64,000 bases of DNA from Savitreella phatthalungensis (taxonomy: Eukaryota). Every line of letters begins with the position of its first letter. The first letter of the stretch is position 1. The DNA is taken from NCBI GenBank assembly GCA_051599415.1, contig AP039700.1:1-64000 (forward strand), given 5' to 3'. A program made the translations under genes and the position numbers. The notes beneath the pieces were generated by a model. That model had not been told where the DNA came from. It worked only from the letters and a program-made list of their open reading frames with translations, and searched no databases. Shown one piece after another: positions 41,291 through 52,432 of the stretch.

Positions 41291-41709
41291 GCTGTCTCTC
41301 GGTTGCTCTGGTGAAGCTAGTGACGTACTGCTGTTACAATTAAGTTTGTATGCATGCGCACGTACTAGCCTGTTTGTATGGTCGGCTCAATCATGCAGGT
41401 AATTCTCCACCAGGTAAATTGTTACCTTGCTTGCAATTGATGCATGCATGTCCCCAGTCCATCGTACGTAAAATCAATTAGATCAATTTCGTTTTGGATG
41501 CACGAGCCAGATTGTGAGAGACCATGCACACCTCAGTCAACCAATATCATATAGGAGACGTTCATTGATCAACACGACGTACCATCCACCATCACCATCG
41601 CCATCACCACATCCCTATCGCCCTCTCCAGTTCCTAAAAGTCACCAAACCAGCCAGTCCACTTCCACATCAGTCTATAGAGTCGGCAGAATAGTCATCAC
41701 TCACACGCC

Positions 41710-43953
41710 ATGACAATGGCTACAAGAGTCGCTCGTGCCGTGCAGAACCAGCTGGCTGCACGGCCTGCAAAGGGTGAGACTTTTGAACTTCGCAGAGGCC
41801 TCGTCTCTCAGTATGCATGGGAACGCAAAGACTCCATTCAGCGTACAATTGCAGCAATGACCCTTGGCAAGGATGTCTCTGCATTGTTCCCTGACGTCCT
41901 TAAAAATATAGCCACCCACGACATTGCCCAGAAGAAGCTGGTCTATCTGTATCTCATGAACTACGCCAGGGCATATCCAGATCTATGCATCCTCGCGGTC
42001 AACACCTTCGTTCAGGATTCACAAGATCCAAATCCTCTCGTCAGAGCTCTTGCCATCCGCACCATGGGCTGCATCAGGGTTGACAAGATGGTCGATTACC
42101 TGCCCGAGCCACTGCGTAGAACACTGAAGGACGATTCTCCGTATGTGCGCAAGACTGCTGCAGTCTGCGTCGCCAAGCTCTTTGACCTCAACGCCGAGCT
42201 CTGCGTCGAGGATGGCTTTCTCGAAGCTCTACAGAACCTGTTGCACGACTCCAATGCATCTGTGGTCGCCAACGCTGTCAGTGCATTGGCTGAGATTCAG
42301 GAAGTCGCGCCAGACACACAGGCACTGCTTGTCACGTCCGAAGTATTCGCCGCTCTTCTCTCAGCGCTCAACGAATGCTCCGAATGGGGCCGCATTGCGA
42401 TCCTCAGCGCTCTCAAGACTTATGACAGCAACGACGAAGAGGCAAAGCACATTTGTGAGCGCGTAGTCCCGCAATTCCAGCATGCAAATGCCAGCGTCGT
42501 CATGGCTGCAGTCTCAGTCGTCATGCACAATCTTCTGAAAGTATCATCAGATCAGCGCAAAACGATGCTCAAGAAGATGGCACCTTCACTTGTGACGCTC
42601 ATCTCATCACCACCAGAACTGCAATACGTCGCGCTTCGTAACATCAATCTCCTCCTTCAGCAACAGCCAGACATTCTCGCCGGCGAGATTCGCGTGTTCT
42701 TTTGCAAGTACAACGACCCACCATATGTCAAGAACGAAAAGCTGGCCATCATGGTCATGCTCGCTCAGGAGTCCAATCTCGATCAGTTACTAGCAGAGCT
42801 GAAGGAGTACGCCTCAGAAATCGACATGGACTTTGTCCGTCGCGCAGTTCGAGCCATCGGACAGTGCGCCATCAAGCTCGACGAGGCAGCGGAGCGATGC
42901 ATCAACGTGCTACTGGAGTTGATCAACACACGTGTAGCGTATGTGGTGCAGGAGTCCATTGTCATCATCAAAGATATCTTCCGACGTTATCCGCACAGGT
43001 ACGAATCGATCATCCCGCAGCTTTGTGGCTCTGTAGACGAGCTCGATGACCCGAGCGCGCGAGGAGCTTTGATCTGGATCATCGGCGAATACGCTGAGCG
43101 GATCGATAATGCCACCGCCCTCCTAACAACATTCACCGACGGATTCAAGGACGAATACACGCAGACCCAGCTAGCACTACTGACTGCGGTCATCAAGCTG
43201 TTCTTGAAAAAGCCCACTGAGACACAGACGTTGGTCCAGCGTATGCTGCAGACAGCTTCACAGACCGACAACTCGGACATTCGTGATCGAGCATTCATCT
43301 ACTGGCGACTACTCTCGAGCGACGTTGCAACCGCTCGTGCTGTCGTGCTAGCTACCGAGAAGCCACCGATCGATGGCGTCACTGGACGGCTGCGTGCGCA
43401 GCTCTTAGACGAATTGACCACAGAACTCTCCTCGATTGCGTCGGTCTACCATGCGCCGGCGTCGACCTTCGTGGTCGGTGGCAAACCGACCTCTGCTGCA
43501 GATGCCGCCTCTGCAGCGCGTACGCGCCCGACCGCTGGCGGAAATTCCGCCGATCAGCCTGCCGTCGAAAACCTACTTGACTTCGACCTCGACGGCGCGG
43601 CACCTGCATCGCTGCAGCAGGGTGGCGGTGCAGATGTTGCTCCTGCGGATGTCAAGAACGCGATGGATGATCTTTTTGACCTGTTTGGCAACAACAACAA
43701 CGGCGGTGGTGGTGATGTCTCGGCTGGCGGGTCAGGGGTACCTGCGAGCTCGAGTACCGCAGCTGATCTTGCAGGCGGGTTTGCCGCCCTGCAGAACTTG
43801 TCTATCAGCACGCCTTTAGCCGCAGCGACCGCAGCCCACAATGGCGCGGGAGACGACTTCTTTGCGGACATGGGCGCACCATCCCAAAACCAACCAAAGC
43901 CGACGACCAATGCAAAATCCTCCGCGACCAACGATATGCTCGATCTCATCTAA
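41710..43953 (+). CDS. APL2: AP-1 adaptor complex beta subunit
   Basis: [94 protein letters not shown]; clathrin-box-like LLDFD. Confidence 0.93.
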   Translation: MTMATRVARAVQNQLAARPAKGETFELRRGLVSQYAWERKDSIQRTIAAMTLGKDVSALFPDVLKNIATHDIAQKKLVYLYLMNYARAYPDLCILAVNTFVQDSQDPNPLVRALAIRTMGCIRVDKMVDYLPEPLRRTLKDDSPYVRKTAAVCVAKLFDLNAELCVEDGFLEALQNLLHDSNASVVANAVSALAEIQEVAPDTQALLVTSEVFAALLSALNECSEWGRIAILSALKTYDSNDEEAKHICERVVPQFQHANASVVMAAVSVVMHNLLKVSSDQRKTMLKKMAPSLVTLISSPPELQYVALRNINLLLQQQPDILAGEIRVFFCKYNDPPYVKNEKLAIMVMLAQESNLDQLLAELKEYASEIDMDFVRRAVRAIGQCAIKLDEAAERCINVLLELINTRVAYVVQESIVIIKDIFRRYPHRYESIIPQLCGSVDELDDPSARGALIWIIGEYAERIDNATALLTTFTDGFKDEYTQTQLALLTAVIKLFLKKPTETQTLVQRMLQTASQTDNSDIRDRAFIYWRLLSSDVATARAVVLATEKPPIDGVTGRLRAQLLDELTTELSSIASVYHAPASTFVVGGKPTSAADAASAARTRPTAGGNSADQPAVENLLDFDLDGAAPASLQQGGGADVAPADVKNAMDDLFDLFGNNNNGGGGDVSAGGSGVPASSSTAADLAGGFAALQNLSISTPLAAATAAHNGAGDDFFADMGAPSQNQPKPTTNAKSSATNDMLDLI

Positions 43954-44034
43954 TGACTACGAAAGAATCTTATTCGTAAACGCGTTTCCTTGCGCTTGAA
44001 ATGTGCATACATGTATTTATAAAGAAGTTCTTCG

Positions 44035-46314
44035 TCATTCATCATCCTCATCGTCTTCATCGTCTTCGTCATCGTCGTCATCCTCTTCGGCCTCTTGAAG
44101 CCACTTGACGAACGGGTAGACTGCTCTCCTGGTATAGTCTCCTTTGGGTCCTCGGGTGCGTGATTTTGGAGAGAGATACCAGTGAACGATATCGTCTTCC
44201 TCGACAATGTCATCCTCGTACGCATACCTCACGAAATCGAGCATCAGATCAGCCCTTCTGACGGCGAGCGAGGTCGATCCAGTATCTTCTGGACCAGCTG
44301 GCGCGTCACGAGCGCAGTAGGAGTGCAAGGCGTGAAGGAGATCGGCTGTGTCTTCAGCGCGAGTGTTGCGCGAGACGGTGCGGGATAGAAGTCCACCGAA
44401 TTTGGTGAGCCAGAGACGGACTGCTGCTGCTGCGATCTGACGGAGCTGTTGTGGTGTTGACTTTGGACGGGGATCGTCTTGGACGCGGCGCTGGATGTCG
44501 CGCAGGGCTCCGTCGATGATTGCTCGACGGACATGTGCCATCGAGACGTCCTCGCGCATTCGGAGGGACGTCAGCTCAAGCATCGTGTCGTCCACAGAGT
44601 GGCCTTCGACGAAGGCCGTCTCGAGGTCAGCCCGAGCCATTCGTAGGAATGACGTCGCAGCCGCCGCCTCTTCGTCGTCCATGTCCTCCATAGATGCGAT
44701 CGACGCTGCAGCCACTGAGTCCAGCCGGCCACGACCGTGGCCTGAGCCACCTGGACGCAAGAAGTTGCGGTCTTCTTCGACATCGTCGTCTTCGCTGTCT
44801 GACAGGGAGGCCTCAGAGCCGACGAGAGAATAGTCTGTGTCGGAAAATTCCAGCGACGATAGTGCATCGGCGAATGCCAGAGACTGGAGTTTTTTCACGC
44901 GTAGACGGTCCTGAATGGAGGTGAACCCTGCGGTCTCATACTCGCCATCGCCAGCATCGCTGGAGGTCTCCGAGTCGAAGTCGTCGTCCTCGGAGTCTTC
45001 ATATTCCACAGCATGTCCTTCGTCGTCGTCTGGATCTGCGATCAATTTCGACATGCTCTTGACGATCGTGTTTGATGGGATGACGGTGCCTGGGCCGAGC
45101 ACAGCACCGGGCTCGAATCTGCAGTTATCTCCGATATCGCATCCAGCTGCGACGACAGTCCGGTCAAGTTTGCAGTCCCGGCCGATGGTGACATTCTCCC
45201 AGATATACGACCCGTCTATCCGGCAGCCGCTGCCGATGGCGCAGTCTCTGCCGATTGTCGAGTGGCGGACCAGTGTCCGATCGCCGATGCGCGAGCCACG
45301 TCCGACGACGCAGTGTGACTCCAGCTTTGCCGTCCGCGCAAGCCGGACAGAATCCTCCTTGTAGATATGTGGTCTCGAGTAGACGTATGTCTGATCGGCG
45401 AGAAGGTTTGCGTCTGCGGTGATGGGGAAGACGCGTCGTGCAAGCAGGTCCCGCGTGACTGCGTCATATGCCTGGAGGCTGCCTACACGCGCTGCATACT
45501 TGTCCTGGGCGATATGCACATGGATCTGCTTTCCAAGCAGGTCTGACGTCAGGATGCCGTGGACGAAATCCCGCCTGAGCTCTTGGTAGTCGAAATTCTC
45601 TGTGAAGAGCGCTGGTACATCGGCTGAGCAAATATCAATAGAGCTGTCGACAAGATCGTTGCGTACCTGTACAAAGTCGTGCTGCAGCAACTTATCTGTG
45701 TCGATCTGCACGCGTGGCGTCCGCGTTGGCGCCAGCTTCGCTGACTCATAATGGATACATTCGTTGGATTCCGTATCGATGGCAAAGACTGCAGTCTCTG
45801 TGATCGGGCGTACTGCGTGCAGGGGCGCTGCTTCCCGGAGAACCATAGTCATGATGGAGTCCTTGCTGGTCGTTTCCCTGCGCTTGCGATGTGCTGCAAC
45901 GACTTCCTCCGCGTCGAGATTGCTGACGACGTCTCCAGTAACGAGGATGAAATCAGAGGTGATGATTTGCTTCGAATCAAGCTCACGCATGGCATCGCCC
46001 AATGACAGTGACTCCGGTGTAACGATTGGCACCACTTTCTCGAACGGGCTGCTTGCGTAGTCCGTCCACTTGCTCTGAGCAAGATAGTCCTTGATCTTGT
46101 CCGCATGGGCGCACACGAAGATGTAGACTTGCTTCACGCCGCTGCCTGCCAGGAACTCGAGCGTGTAGTCGATCAGCGGCGTATTGGCGAGCGGGACTAG
46201 ACATCTTGGGAGGTCAGTGGTGAGAGGCTTGAACCGGCTGTTGTAGCTGTCACTGATGATGACTGCCTGCAGGGGCGTCTCATCATCTCCAGCAGCTGTC
46301 TCCTTGGATGCCAT
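44035..46314 (-). CDS. GCD6: Translation initiation factor eIF2B epsilon subunit
   Basis: LQAVIISDSYNSRFKPLT..PRCL.PLAN.PLIDYTLEFL, FTENFDYQ, hexapeptide beta-helix, W2 domain ending FVKWLQEAEEDD. Confidence 0.95.
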   Translation of the reverse strand: MASKETAAGDDETPLQAVIISDSYNSRFKPLTTDLPRCLVPLANTPLIDYTLEFLAGSGVKQVYIFVCAHADKIKDYLAQSKWTDYASSPFEKVVPIVTPESLSLGDAMRELDSKQIITSDFILVTGDVVSNLDAEEVVAAHRKRRETTSKDSIMTMVLREAAPLHAVRPITETAVFAIDTESNECIHYESAKLAPTRTPRVQIDTDKLLQHDFVQVRNDLVDSSIDICSADVPALFTENFDYQELRRDFVHGILTSDLLGKQIHVHIAQDKYAARVGSLQAYDAVTRDLLARRVFPITADANLLADQTYVYSRPHIYKEDSVRLARTAKLESHCVVGRGSRIGDRTLVRHSTIGRDCAIGSGCRIDGSYIWENVTIGRDCKLDRTVVAAGCDIGDNCRFEPGAVLGPGTVIPSNTIVKSMSKLIADPDDDEGHAVEYEDSEDDDFDSETSSDAGDGEYETAGFTSIQDRLRVKKLQSLAFADALSSLEFSDTDYSLVGSEASLSDSEDDDVEEDRNFLRPGGSGHGRGRLDSVAAASIASMEDMDDEEAAAATSFLRMARADLETAFVEGHSVDDTMLELTSLRMREDVSMAHVRRAIIDGALRDIQRRVQDDPRPKSTPQQLRQIAAAAVRLWLTKFGGLLSRTVSRNTRAEDTADLLHALHSYCARDAPAGPEDTGSTSLAVRRADLMLDFVRYAYEDDIVEEDDIVHWYLSPKSRTRGPKGDYTRRAVYPFVKWLQEAEEDDDDDEDDEDDEDDE

Positions 46315-46968
46315 GCTTGATGACTACCCACTGACACCCTGCAAAACTGAAGGACTACCTCTGCTTTATGAGAGCTGTATGTGCATATCTTTGTAGCTGC
46401 TTCCATGTACGTACGTGCATATTCCAGCGACTGAATGACTCTACACTGTTCGAATCCTCAATTTGCACGTGTTTCTGCAGAAACGTCAATCTGGCGTTGG
46501 ACACTCACACGCGCAGACGCACTCACACAGACGTCCCTCCGAAGGGATGGTATGCGCGAACGACCGGGATCAGGCACGGACTGTGTCATGCTCGATACAC
46601 ACCTACGACGGCTTTGCAGAGGATGGCACTCAGAAAGGGGACTCTCTCGGTCTGGTAGCACTTCAATTGAAAGTTCACCGGTCTTTACAGAAATAACCAC
46701 GATCGCCCTGTTCAGTGACGACTCGTGGTGAACCAGGTCGGGAGACGTCGACTCGGGAGGTCTCGCAGGTTTTTGTCTCTTCTTTCGGGAAGAGTGCGAT
46801 TGCTGCAGATATCCCTAGTGATCGCTTTTCCAAGAACAGTCCTCGCAAAGTTATCCGTGCAGGCCTCGTCCCGTCGCGCTCGCACACCCAGTCATGTCAT
46901 TATGAACCATAACATTAACGTCAATCCCATCTCTCTACAACCTCATGTACAGTACAAATTTGCTCGTG

Positions 46969-48351
46969 CTAGACTTCAAATTGTCTGACCGTGTTTTCTG
47001 CTGACTGATGTGCTAGCCAAAGAGCTTCCGTGGTCAACGATCGAACACCCAAGTGTCTATCGTTCGTCCTTGCCAGTAGTACTTGCTCTAGTTGAACCTT
47101 CTCGATAGTGTTGCGGACGGCACGGGATATCTCTGGGCCGAAGCCGTCTCTTGCAGCGCGATACATAACGCGGCCCGCAGTTTGGATGGCGAGGCATGCC
47201 TGTGCTGGCATTGCAGATCTAGCGAGATGCGCAAGCTCTGGAACCGTGTAGCCAGCTGCTGTCGGAGCATCTGCATGATGATGTAGACCGAGGCGTGAGT
47301 CGACCTCGCGACTGGTTGCTGGGCCTAGCAACTTTCCAGCAAAGTCGAAACGCAGCTCAATTGGGTCGACCTCCGAGAGCGACGGGTGGTAGACTGCCTT
47401 GTCCTCGGCGTCGCTCGGAGCTTGCATCCATGCCATTGCCTTTGGGTCAGACTCGAGATCGGGGAAGTATTTCTCGTGCAGGTCCTGAAGGAATGTCTCA
47501 GAAGACGGATCAAGCTGTGGCTGTTTCGGTCGAGGAAAATGCACGCTATCGCCACCATCTTCATCCACACAGTCGACTGAATGTACATGCTCGTGACTTG
47601 GCTCTGCTGCGGTCGCTGCCGGAGTCAATGGTGTGCTCTGCTCCATCGTCGATAGCGCAGGTGACGATGATTGTGCATCGTTTTGCGCCGTTGGTCTGGG
47701 TTGCATGCCGTCTTTCCGCTTTATCTCCGGCATCTTCACATGTCTCTCCTCGTAGCTCTCGCCGAGATCATCGTCGTTCGATGCATCTGTCACTGGCTGG
47801 CATCCTGCCCGCTTGACCTTAGCCAGCAGGAGGCGCTGCAGCTCGGGAGACAGGGTTGACATGAGCTCTTCACGCTCCTGCTTGATCTCGGCCTCGCTCA
47901 TCTGCGCCAGTTTTGCGCGGTTCTCCTTGTCAATTTCGTCCTTCAGATCAGATCGGTCGCCACGTACGGGCTGTTCCGTCTGAACAGCCTTGACCGCAGC
48001 CAATTTGCTCTGCTTGCGCGCTCGCCAATCGAGCTTTGTTACCGTGGGCGCCCCTCGATTGGCAGGCTGTTTGAATACTGGTTCGCTGTCGTCGTCATCG
48101 TCCGAGTCGCGCTCAAGAACATTGCCCACAAGTGCTGTCGTCTTGCCGTTTTGCTTAAACGGTTCGAACGCACTCTTGCCGATCGATGTTGGTTCATCGA
48201 GATTGAGCTGGACGCGATCCCCAGGAATATCTCCCCATGTGCCTTCTCCGGACTGTGTATCCTGCGTGGCTTTCCGCGTTACCTTTGCAGCTGGACGAGT
48301 GCCTGAAGCGTAGAATGCACGCTGTTCTGCTAGCAAAGCCTCTTCGTCCAT
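46969..48351 (-). CDS. RBA50: RNA polymerase II assembly factor Rba50/RPAP1
   Basis: EIDKENRAKLAQMSEAEIKQEREEL, LHEKYFPDL, RFDFAG, GLHHHADAP..AGYT.PEL..LARS. Confidence 0.9.
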   Translation of the reverse strand: MDEEALLAEQRAFYASGTRPAAKVTRKATQDTQSGEGTWGDIPGDRVQLNLDEPTSIGKSAFEPFKQNGKTTALVGNVLERDSDDDDDSEPVFKQPANRGAPTVTKLDWRARKQSKLAAVKAVQTEQPVRGDRSDLKDEIDKENRAKLAQMSEAEIKQEREELMSTLSPELQRLLLAKVKRAGCQPVTDASNDDDLGESYEERHVKMPEIKRKDGMQPRPTAQNDAQSSSPALSTMEQSTPLTPAATAAEPSHEHVHSVDCVDEDGGDSVHFPRPKQPQLDPSSETFLQDLHEKYFPDLESDPKAMAWMQAPSDAEDKAVYHPSLSEVDPIELRFDFAGKLLGPATSREVDSRLGLHHHADAPTAAGYTVPELAHLARSAMPAQACLAIQTAGRVMYRAARDGFGPEISRAVRNTIEKVQLEQVLLARTNDRHLGVRSLTTEALWLAHQSAENTVRQFEV

Positions 48352-48689
48352 GATTCCCGATCGTCAAAGGGGAAACGATGACGATGCAGAAGAGCAGCTA
48401 TGAGTGACTGATCGTAGACATCCACTGGAAGTGAATGCACATGCGACCTTGTAGCACTGAAGGGAGTATCAGAGTACGTACTGTACGTATAAGCTTCGAG
48501 GTGTGCATGTGTGATGTAATATTAACAGCTTACAAGGTCAGTACTGATGCAGCGTAGCCGTGCATCTACAGCTTTATTTGAGGGTCATGATCATCATATG
48601 GATTATCACCCAGGAACACAGAAATCTACACAGAAATCTAATTTGCTATCACCAACACCCCGAGTACAGTCTAATCTTCCCAAACCACA

Positions 48690-48760
48690 AACACACTCAC
48701 TCGCTCACACACACACCCACACACGCAGGAGACAGAGTCAGAGTCAGAGTCAGAGTCTCA
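48690..48760. repeat. (CA)n-rich tract and (AGAGTC)4
   Basis: acacactcac...cacacacac and agagtcagagtcagagtcagagtc. Confidence 0.75.
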
Positions 48761-49656
48761 GATCCCAGGACCAGCATCGCAGACACTCAATCACTGACCT
48801 CCCGACGCACTCCCACACACTTCCCTCCAGTACAATAGATCTCGTAGCTGGCACAATTCTAATCTTCATGTTTTAATCACGTAGCCTTGAATACAATGCT
48901 AGAGCCAGGTCATTCATCATCTTCAGTGTGGACCTGGCGTAGCGGGGCATACCAGACTGACTGCGTCTCGCTCGTCAAAACCCGGGTGAGATGCAAGCTA
49001 TCGGAAGCTGGGCACCGGCGTCTAAATACAAACTCCTGACGACCTCGGAATCAGCGGCATAGACAGTAGACTTCTTCAATTCTCAGACTCCTGATCTTTT
49101 CCTGAGTGACTCAGCATCGAAGGCAGACATCAGACGGTTGATCAAGGTCATCCAAGACCCAACCTCCAGAGTCATTCCCTGCTCGATACTCCCCTGACTG
49201 ACTTCTACGTCCATGCATAGATAGAGCGTTCCTTTGCAATATTATATTTTTTATATATGACTTCTACGAATCTAATTATCTGACGCGTCTGTGCCATCGA
49301 AATCCGATTTCAGCGGTAGTACTCTATAGTAATACACTCTCCATCCTGTAGACTGTGGACGTTTTATGACGCTTGTGGTACGGCGCACGACACAGCACAC
49401 ATCTGCCAGTCGACGCCAATCAACCGCAGGACTGCAGTCAACTTCTGAATCAGACAAACAAGCTTTGTAGAGACTAGTACAGCTCCTTAGCTCCTTCATT
49501 ACGCACACATACATAAGCCGTACATCACTCGGGCAAGTACGGACCACGCCTCTGTGAGAGATTGCGGAGTCTTGCATATTCATCCGAGATCTGGCCACTC
49601 AAGTCTCTGATCTCCGAGATATTCGATACGAGACGCTATTGAGCGACGCATGATGC

Positions 49657-50934
49657 ATGTCGCTCCTCTTGCTTAGATCAAGAACGACAAGCGCTCTGAC
49701 CACCAGCAAGACTTCGCGTCTGACAGCCACAGCGAGTTATCTGCCACGCGCCTCACCAACTCTAAAACATCGTCTGTGCCAAACTACGAGACTTCTCAGC
49801 ATCACGCGACCAGCTACAATAGCAGCGACGCCAATCTCATCTTCACCACACAATCAGAACCAACCTTCATCCGCACCTGAAGCCGGATCTGTAGCACCTG
49901 AAGCAGTCACACCTGCAGCCGCTATCATGACGTCCCCAGGTATGAATGACAAAAACGATCCTGCAGTGCGCATCACTCGCTGGGGTCTCTACAGCAACGC
50001 AGCCATGGTGGTTGTGAAGGGTGTCGGGGGCTACATGCTCAACTCGCAGTCACTGATCGCGGACGCAGGTCACTCAGTCGCAGACCTTGCAGCCGACTTC
50101 CTGACCTTGTCGACAGTCTCCTATGCGACGCGTGCAGTCACAGCAGATTACCCCAACGGGTATGGCAAAATCGAAACACTCGGTTCCCTGGGTGTGGCCG
50201 GATTCCTCCTGGTTGGCGGTGTTGGAATCGGGTGGAGCTCCGGCCTTAGCATCATTCATGGCCTTGAGGCACCAGGCGCTACGGAAAGCGTCGACGTAAA
50301 TGCACTTTGGCTCTGTATCGGCTCGCTCGCTGTCAAGGAATGGCTGTATCGTGCGACGATGAAGATCGCAATCGAGCAGCGATCCGAACTGCTCAAAGCC
50401 AATGCATACCACCACCGTATGGACTCGCTATCATCGCTCGTCGCCACTGTCGCTATCGGCGGTGTCTGGCTGATGGGTTGGCACTGGCTTGACCCAGTTG
50501 GCGGTCTCCTCGTGGCCTTGACCATTCTGAACGCCGCCTGGCAGACAGCCCGTGGAGCACTGGTCGAGCTTGCAGATGCAGCTATCGACTCTACGACACG
50601 TGCCAAGATGACAGAAGCTGCGGAAGATGCAATCAAGCACCTCAAACTAGAGAAGCTCGTCACCGAGGTACTCGGCGTTCAGGGCAAGAAGTCTGGACCG
50701 AATTTCCTGCTCGAGGTGGCGGTTGCTGTGGCTCCCGAAACGACAGTACACTCTGCGAATGCGATCCAGCAGCAGCTATCATCGCATCTGACGGGCACCG
50801 TGGACGGCGTGAAGCGATGCGATGTCCTTGTCCTCAGCAACAAGGAGGACGAGGCTTCCGGCAAGCAGTTTGCAGAATGGCGATCCCTTGACAAAACCAT
50901 TGTCGAAGATGCCCATGCCGGCCACCACCACTAG
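49657..50934 (+). CDS. Mitochondrial cation-diffusion-facilitator metal (iron) transporter, Mmt1/Mmt2-like
   Basis: R/S/T/L-rich mitochondrial presequence; SQSLIADAGHSVADL, YPNGYGKIETLG, ANAYHHRMDSLSS, WLDPVGGL. Confidence 0.92.
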   Translation: MSLLLLRSRTTSALTTSKTSRLTATASYLPRASPTLKHRLCQTTRLLSITRPATIAATPISSSPHNQNQPSSAPEAGSVAPEAVTPAAAIMTSPGMNDKNDPAVRITRWGLYSNAAMVVVKGVGGYMLNSQSLIADAGHSVADLAADFLTLSTVSYATRAVTADYPNGYGKIETLGSLGVAGFLLVGGVGIGWSSGLSIIHGLEAPGATESVDVNALWLCIGSLAVKEWLYRATMKIAIEQRSELLKANAYHHRMDSLSSLVATVAIGGVWLMGWHWLDPVGGLLVALTILNAAWQTARGALVELADAAIDSTTRAKMTEAAEDAIKHLKLEKLVTEVLGVQGKKSGPNFLLEVAVAVAPETTVHSANAIQQQLSSHLTGTVDGVKRCDVLVLSNKEDEASGKQFAEWRSLDKTIVEDAHAGHHH

Positions 50935-51260
50935 TACCTTCAGAACTCTCTAGATATGGCTTCCTCGAAAGCCAGCACCAAAGCAATAAATCCCTTGCAT
51001 ATCAGGTATACTCAAAGTCCGTCCTTTTCTCCTTACCTGCAGGACTTCATCTAGCTCAGTACAGTACGGAACTGCACGCCTGTGCATTTCATTCTCTTAG
51101 ATTTCATGACTGAGTTCGAACTTTAATGATTTGCCGGCTCCACGCACATGACGTACTGAACTACAATTAAGCAAGACAAATGTGAAACGATTCATCTCAA
51201 CGGCTACACGATCAACACGACGGCCTTCTAACTACATCGCCCTGAACCAAGTGCTACAGT

Positions 51261-52331
51261 ATGACCGACCGTGGTGCTGTGAAGGCGGTGCATAAGCTGA
51301 TCCAGCAGCAATTGCATGAAGGCCGTGTTGAACGGCGTGCTGCTGTCGAGGCAAGCGCCAAGTCAGGCAAGCCTGCAGGCCCAGTCACCTTCACCTTCGA
51401 GCTCGACTCGATCTTCAACCACGCCGACAGCGTCCATCCGATCGACATCCAGACCGACCTGTTCTGCCGAGAGCTGGAGCTGTATGCGGGGGCGCTCGTG
51501 GGTCCCGTGGTGCTGGTGGACAGGCGTGAGCGGGGTGCGGAGCGGGTGACGGTGGGTAGGTTTCGTGGAACGATGTCGGAGATGTCGTGGTGGCAAGTCG
51601 ATCCACCGACGCACGATCTATGGCGTCCGACACCGGAAAGCCCACGTCGTTGTGCCAGATCCTCAGACATGCCACTTCGATACGTCTTCACCGCCAACGG
51701 TGTTCGCCACCCGTTCCGACTTCCACGCCAACTCCGTCCGCCAGTCCTGTACGAGCGGTACCTGCCGTCTTGTGGAGAGACGTTCTCGCTGCGGGTGGTT
51801 GAGGTCGATCGTGACCTGGGTACGTTTCACGAATGGCACAACAGTGAGCGAGTGAATGCTTTCTGGGGTGAGCAAGGAACGATCGATCATCATCGGACGT
51901 ACTTGGAGAATGCGCTGGCGGACGCACATCTGCTGCCTGTGATTGGCGAGTTTGATGGCGTGGCCGTGTGCTACTTCGAGCTGTACTATGTTGGGGAGGA
52001 CCACTTGGGCCCACATCTGCCTGCCTCGCACGCCGGCACGCGCGACTACGATCGAGGCTGGCACGCGCTCGTCGGCAACAGTGCATCCCGCTACCGCGGC
52101 CCCGACAGAGTCGGATACTGGATCACTGCCGTTACACACTTCCTCTTCCTAGACGATGTCAGAACACAGAACGTGTACCTCGAGCCTCGCGTCGACAACG
52201 CCAAGTTCAAGGGATACCTCTCGCAGTATGGGTACAACAATTTAGGCGAGTTCGATTTTCCTCACAAGAGAGCATCGCTCATGCACATCTCCAGACAAAG
52301 ATTTTTCCAGGACGTCACGCCGAAGACTTGA
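51261..52331 (+). CDS. N5-hydroxyornithine acyltransferase of siderophore biosynthesis (SidL/SidF/Sib3-like, AlcB/Acetyltransf_8 domain)
   Basis: FH.WHN..RV..FWGE.G, YFELY...ED.LG, YDRGWHALVG, HFLFLDD.RT..V.LEPRVDN, EFDFPHKRASL. Confidence 0.9.
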   Translation: MTDRGAVKAVHKLIQQQLHEGRVERRAAVEASAKSGKPAGPVTFTFELDSIFNHADSVHPIDIQTDLFCRELELYAGALVGPVVLVDRRERGAERVTVGRFRGTMSEMSWWQVDPPTHDLWRPTPESPRRCARSSDMPLRYVFTANGVRHPFRLPRQLRPPVLYERYLPSCGETFSLRVVEVDRDLGTFHEWHNSERVNAFWGEQGTIDHHRTYLENALADAHLLPVIGEFDGVAVCYFELYYVGEDHLGPHLPASHAGTRDYDRGWHALVGNSASRYRGPDRVGYWITAVTHFLFLDDVRTQNVYLEPRVDNAKFKGYLSQYGYNNLGEFDFPHKRASLMHISRQRFFQDVTPKT

Positions 52332-52432
52332 TCTTACGCAGCCGCAATTCATCTCTAGAGACACGTAGGCCCCATGCATTTAATATTATTCATGCCGGTA
52401 GCCCGAGCAACGGGTTGTTGAGCTTTTTATCA

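Noticed and set aside
46368..46988. Short ORFs between GCD6 and RBA50
   Set aside because: No recognisable domain or consistent frame, and no snRNA/RNase P/MRP signature that I could identify.
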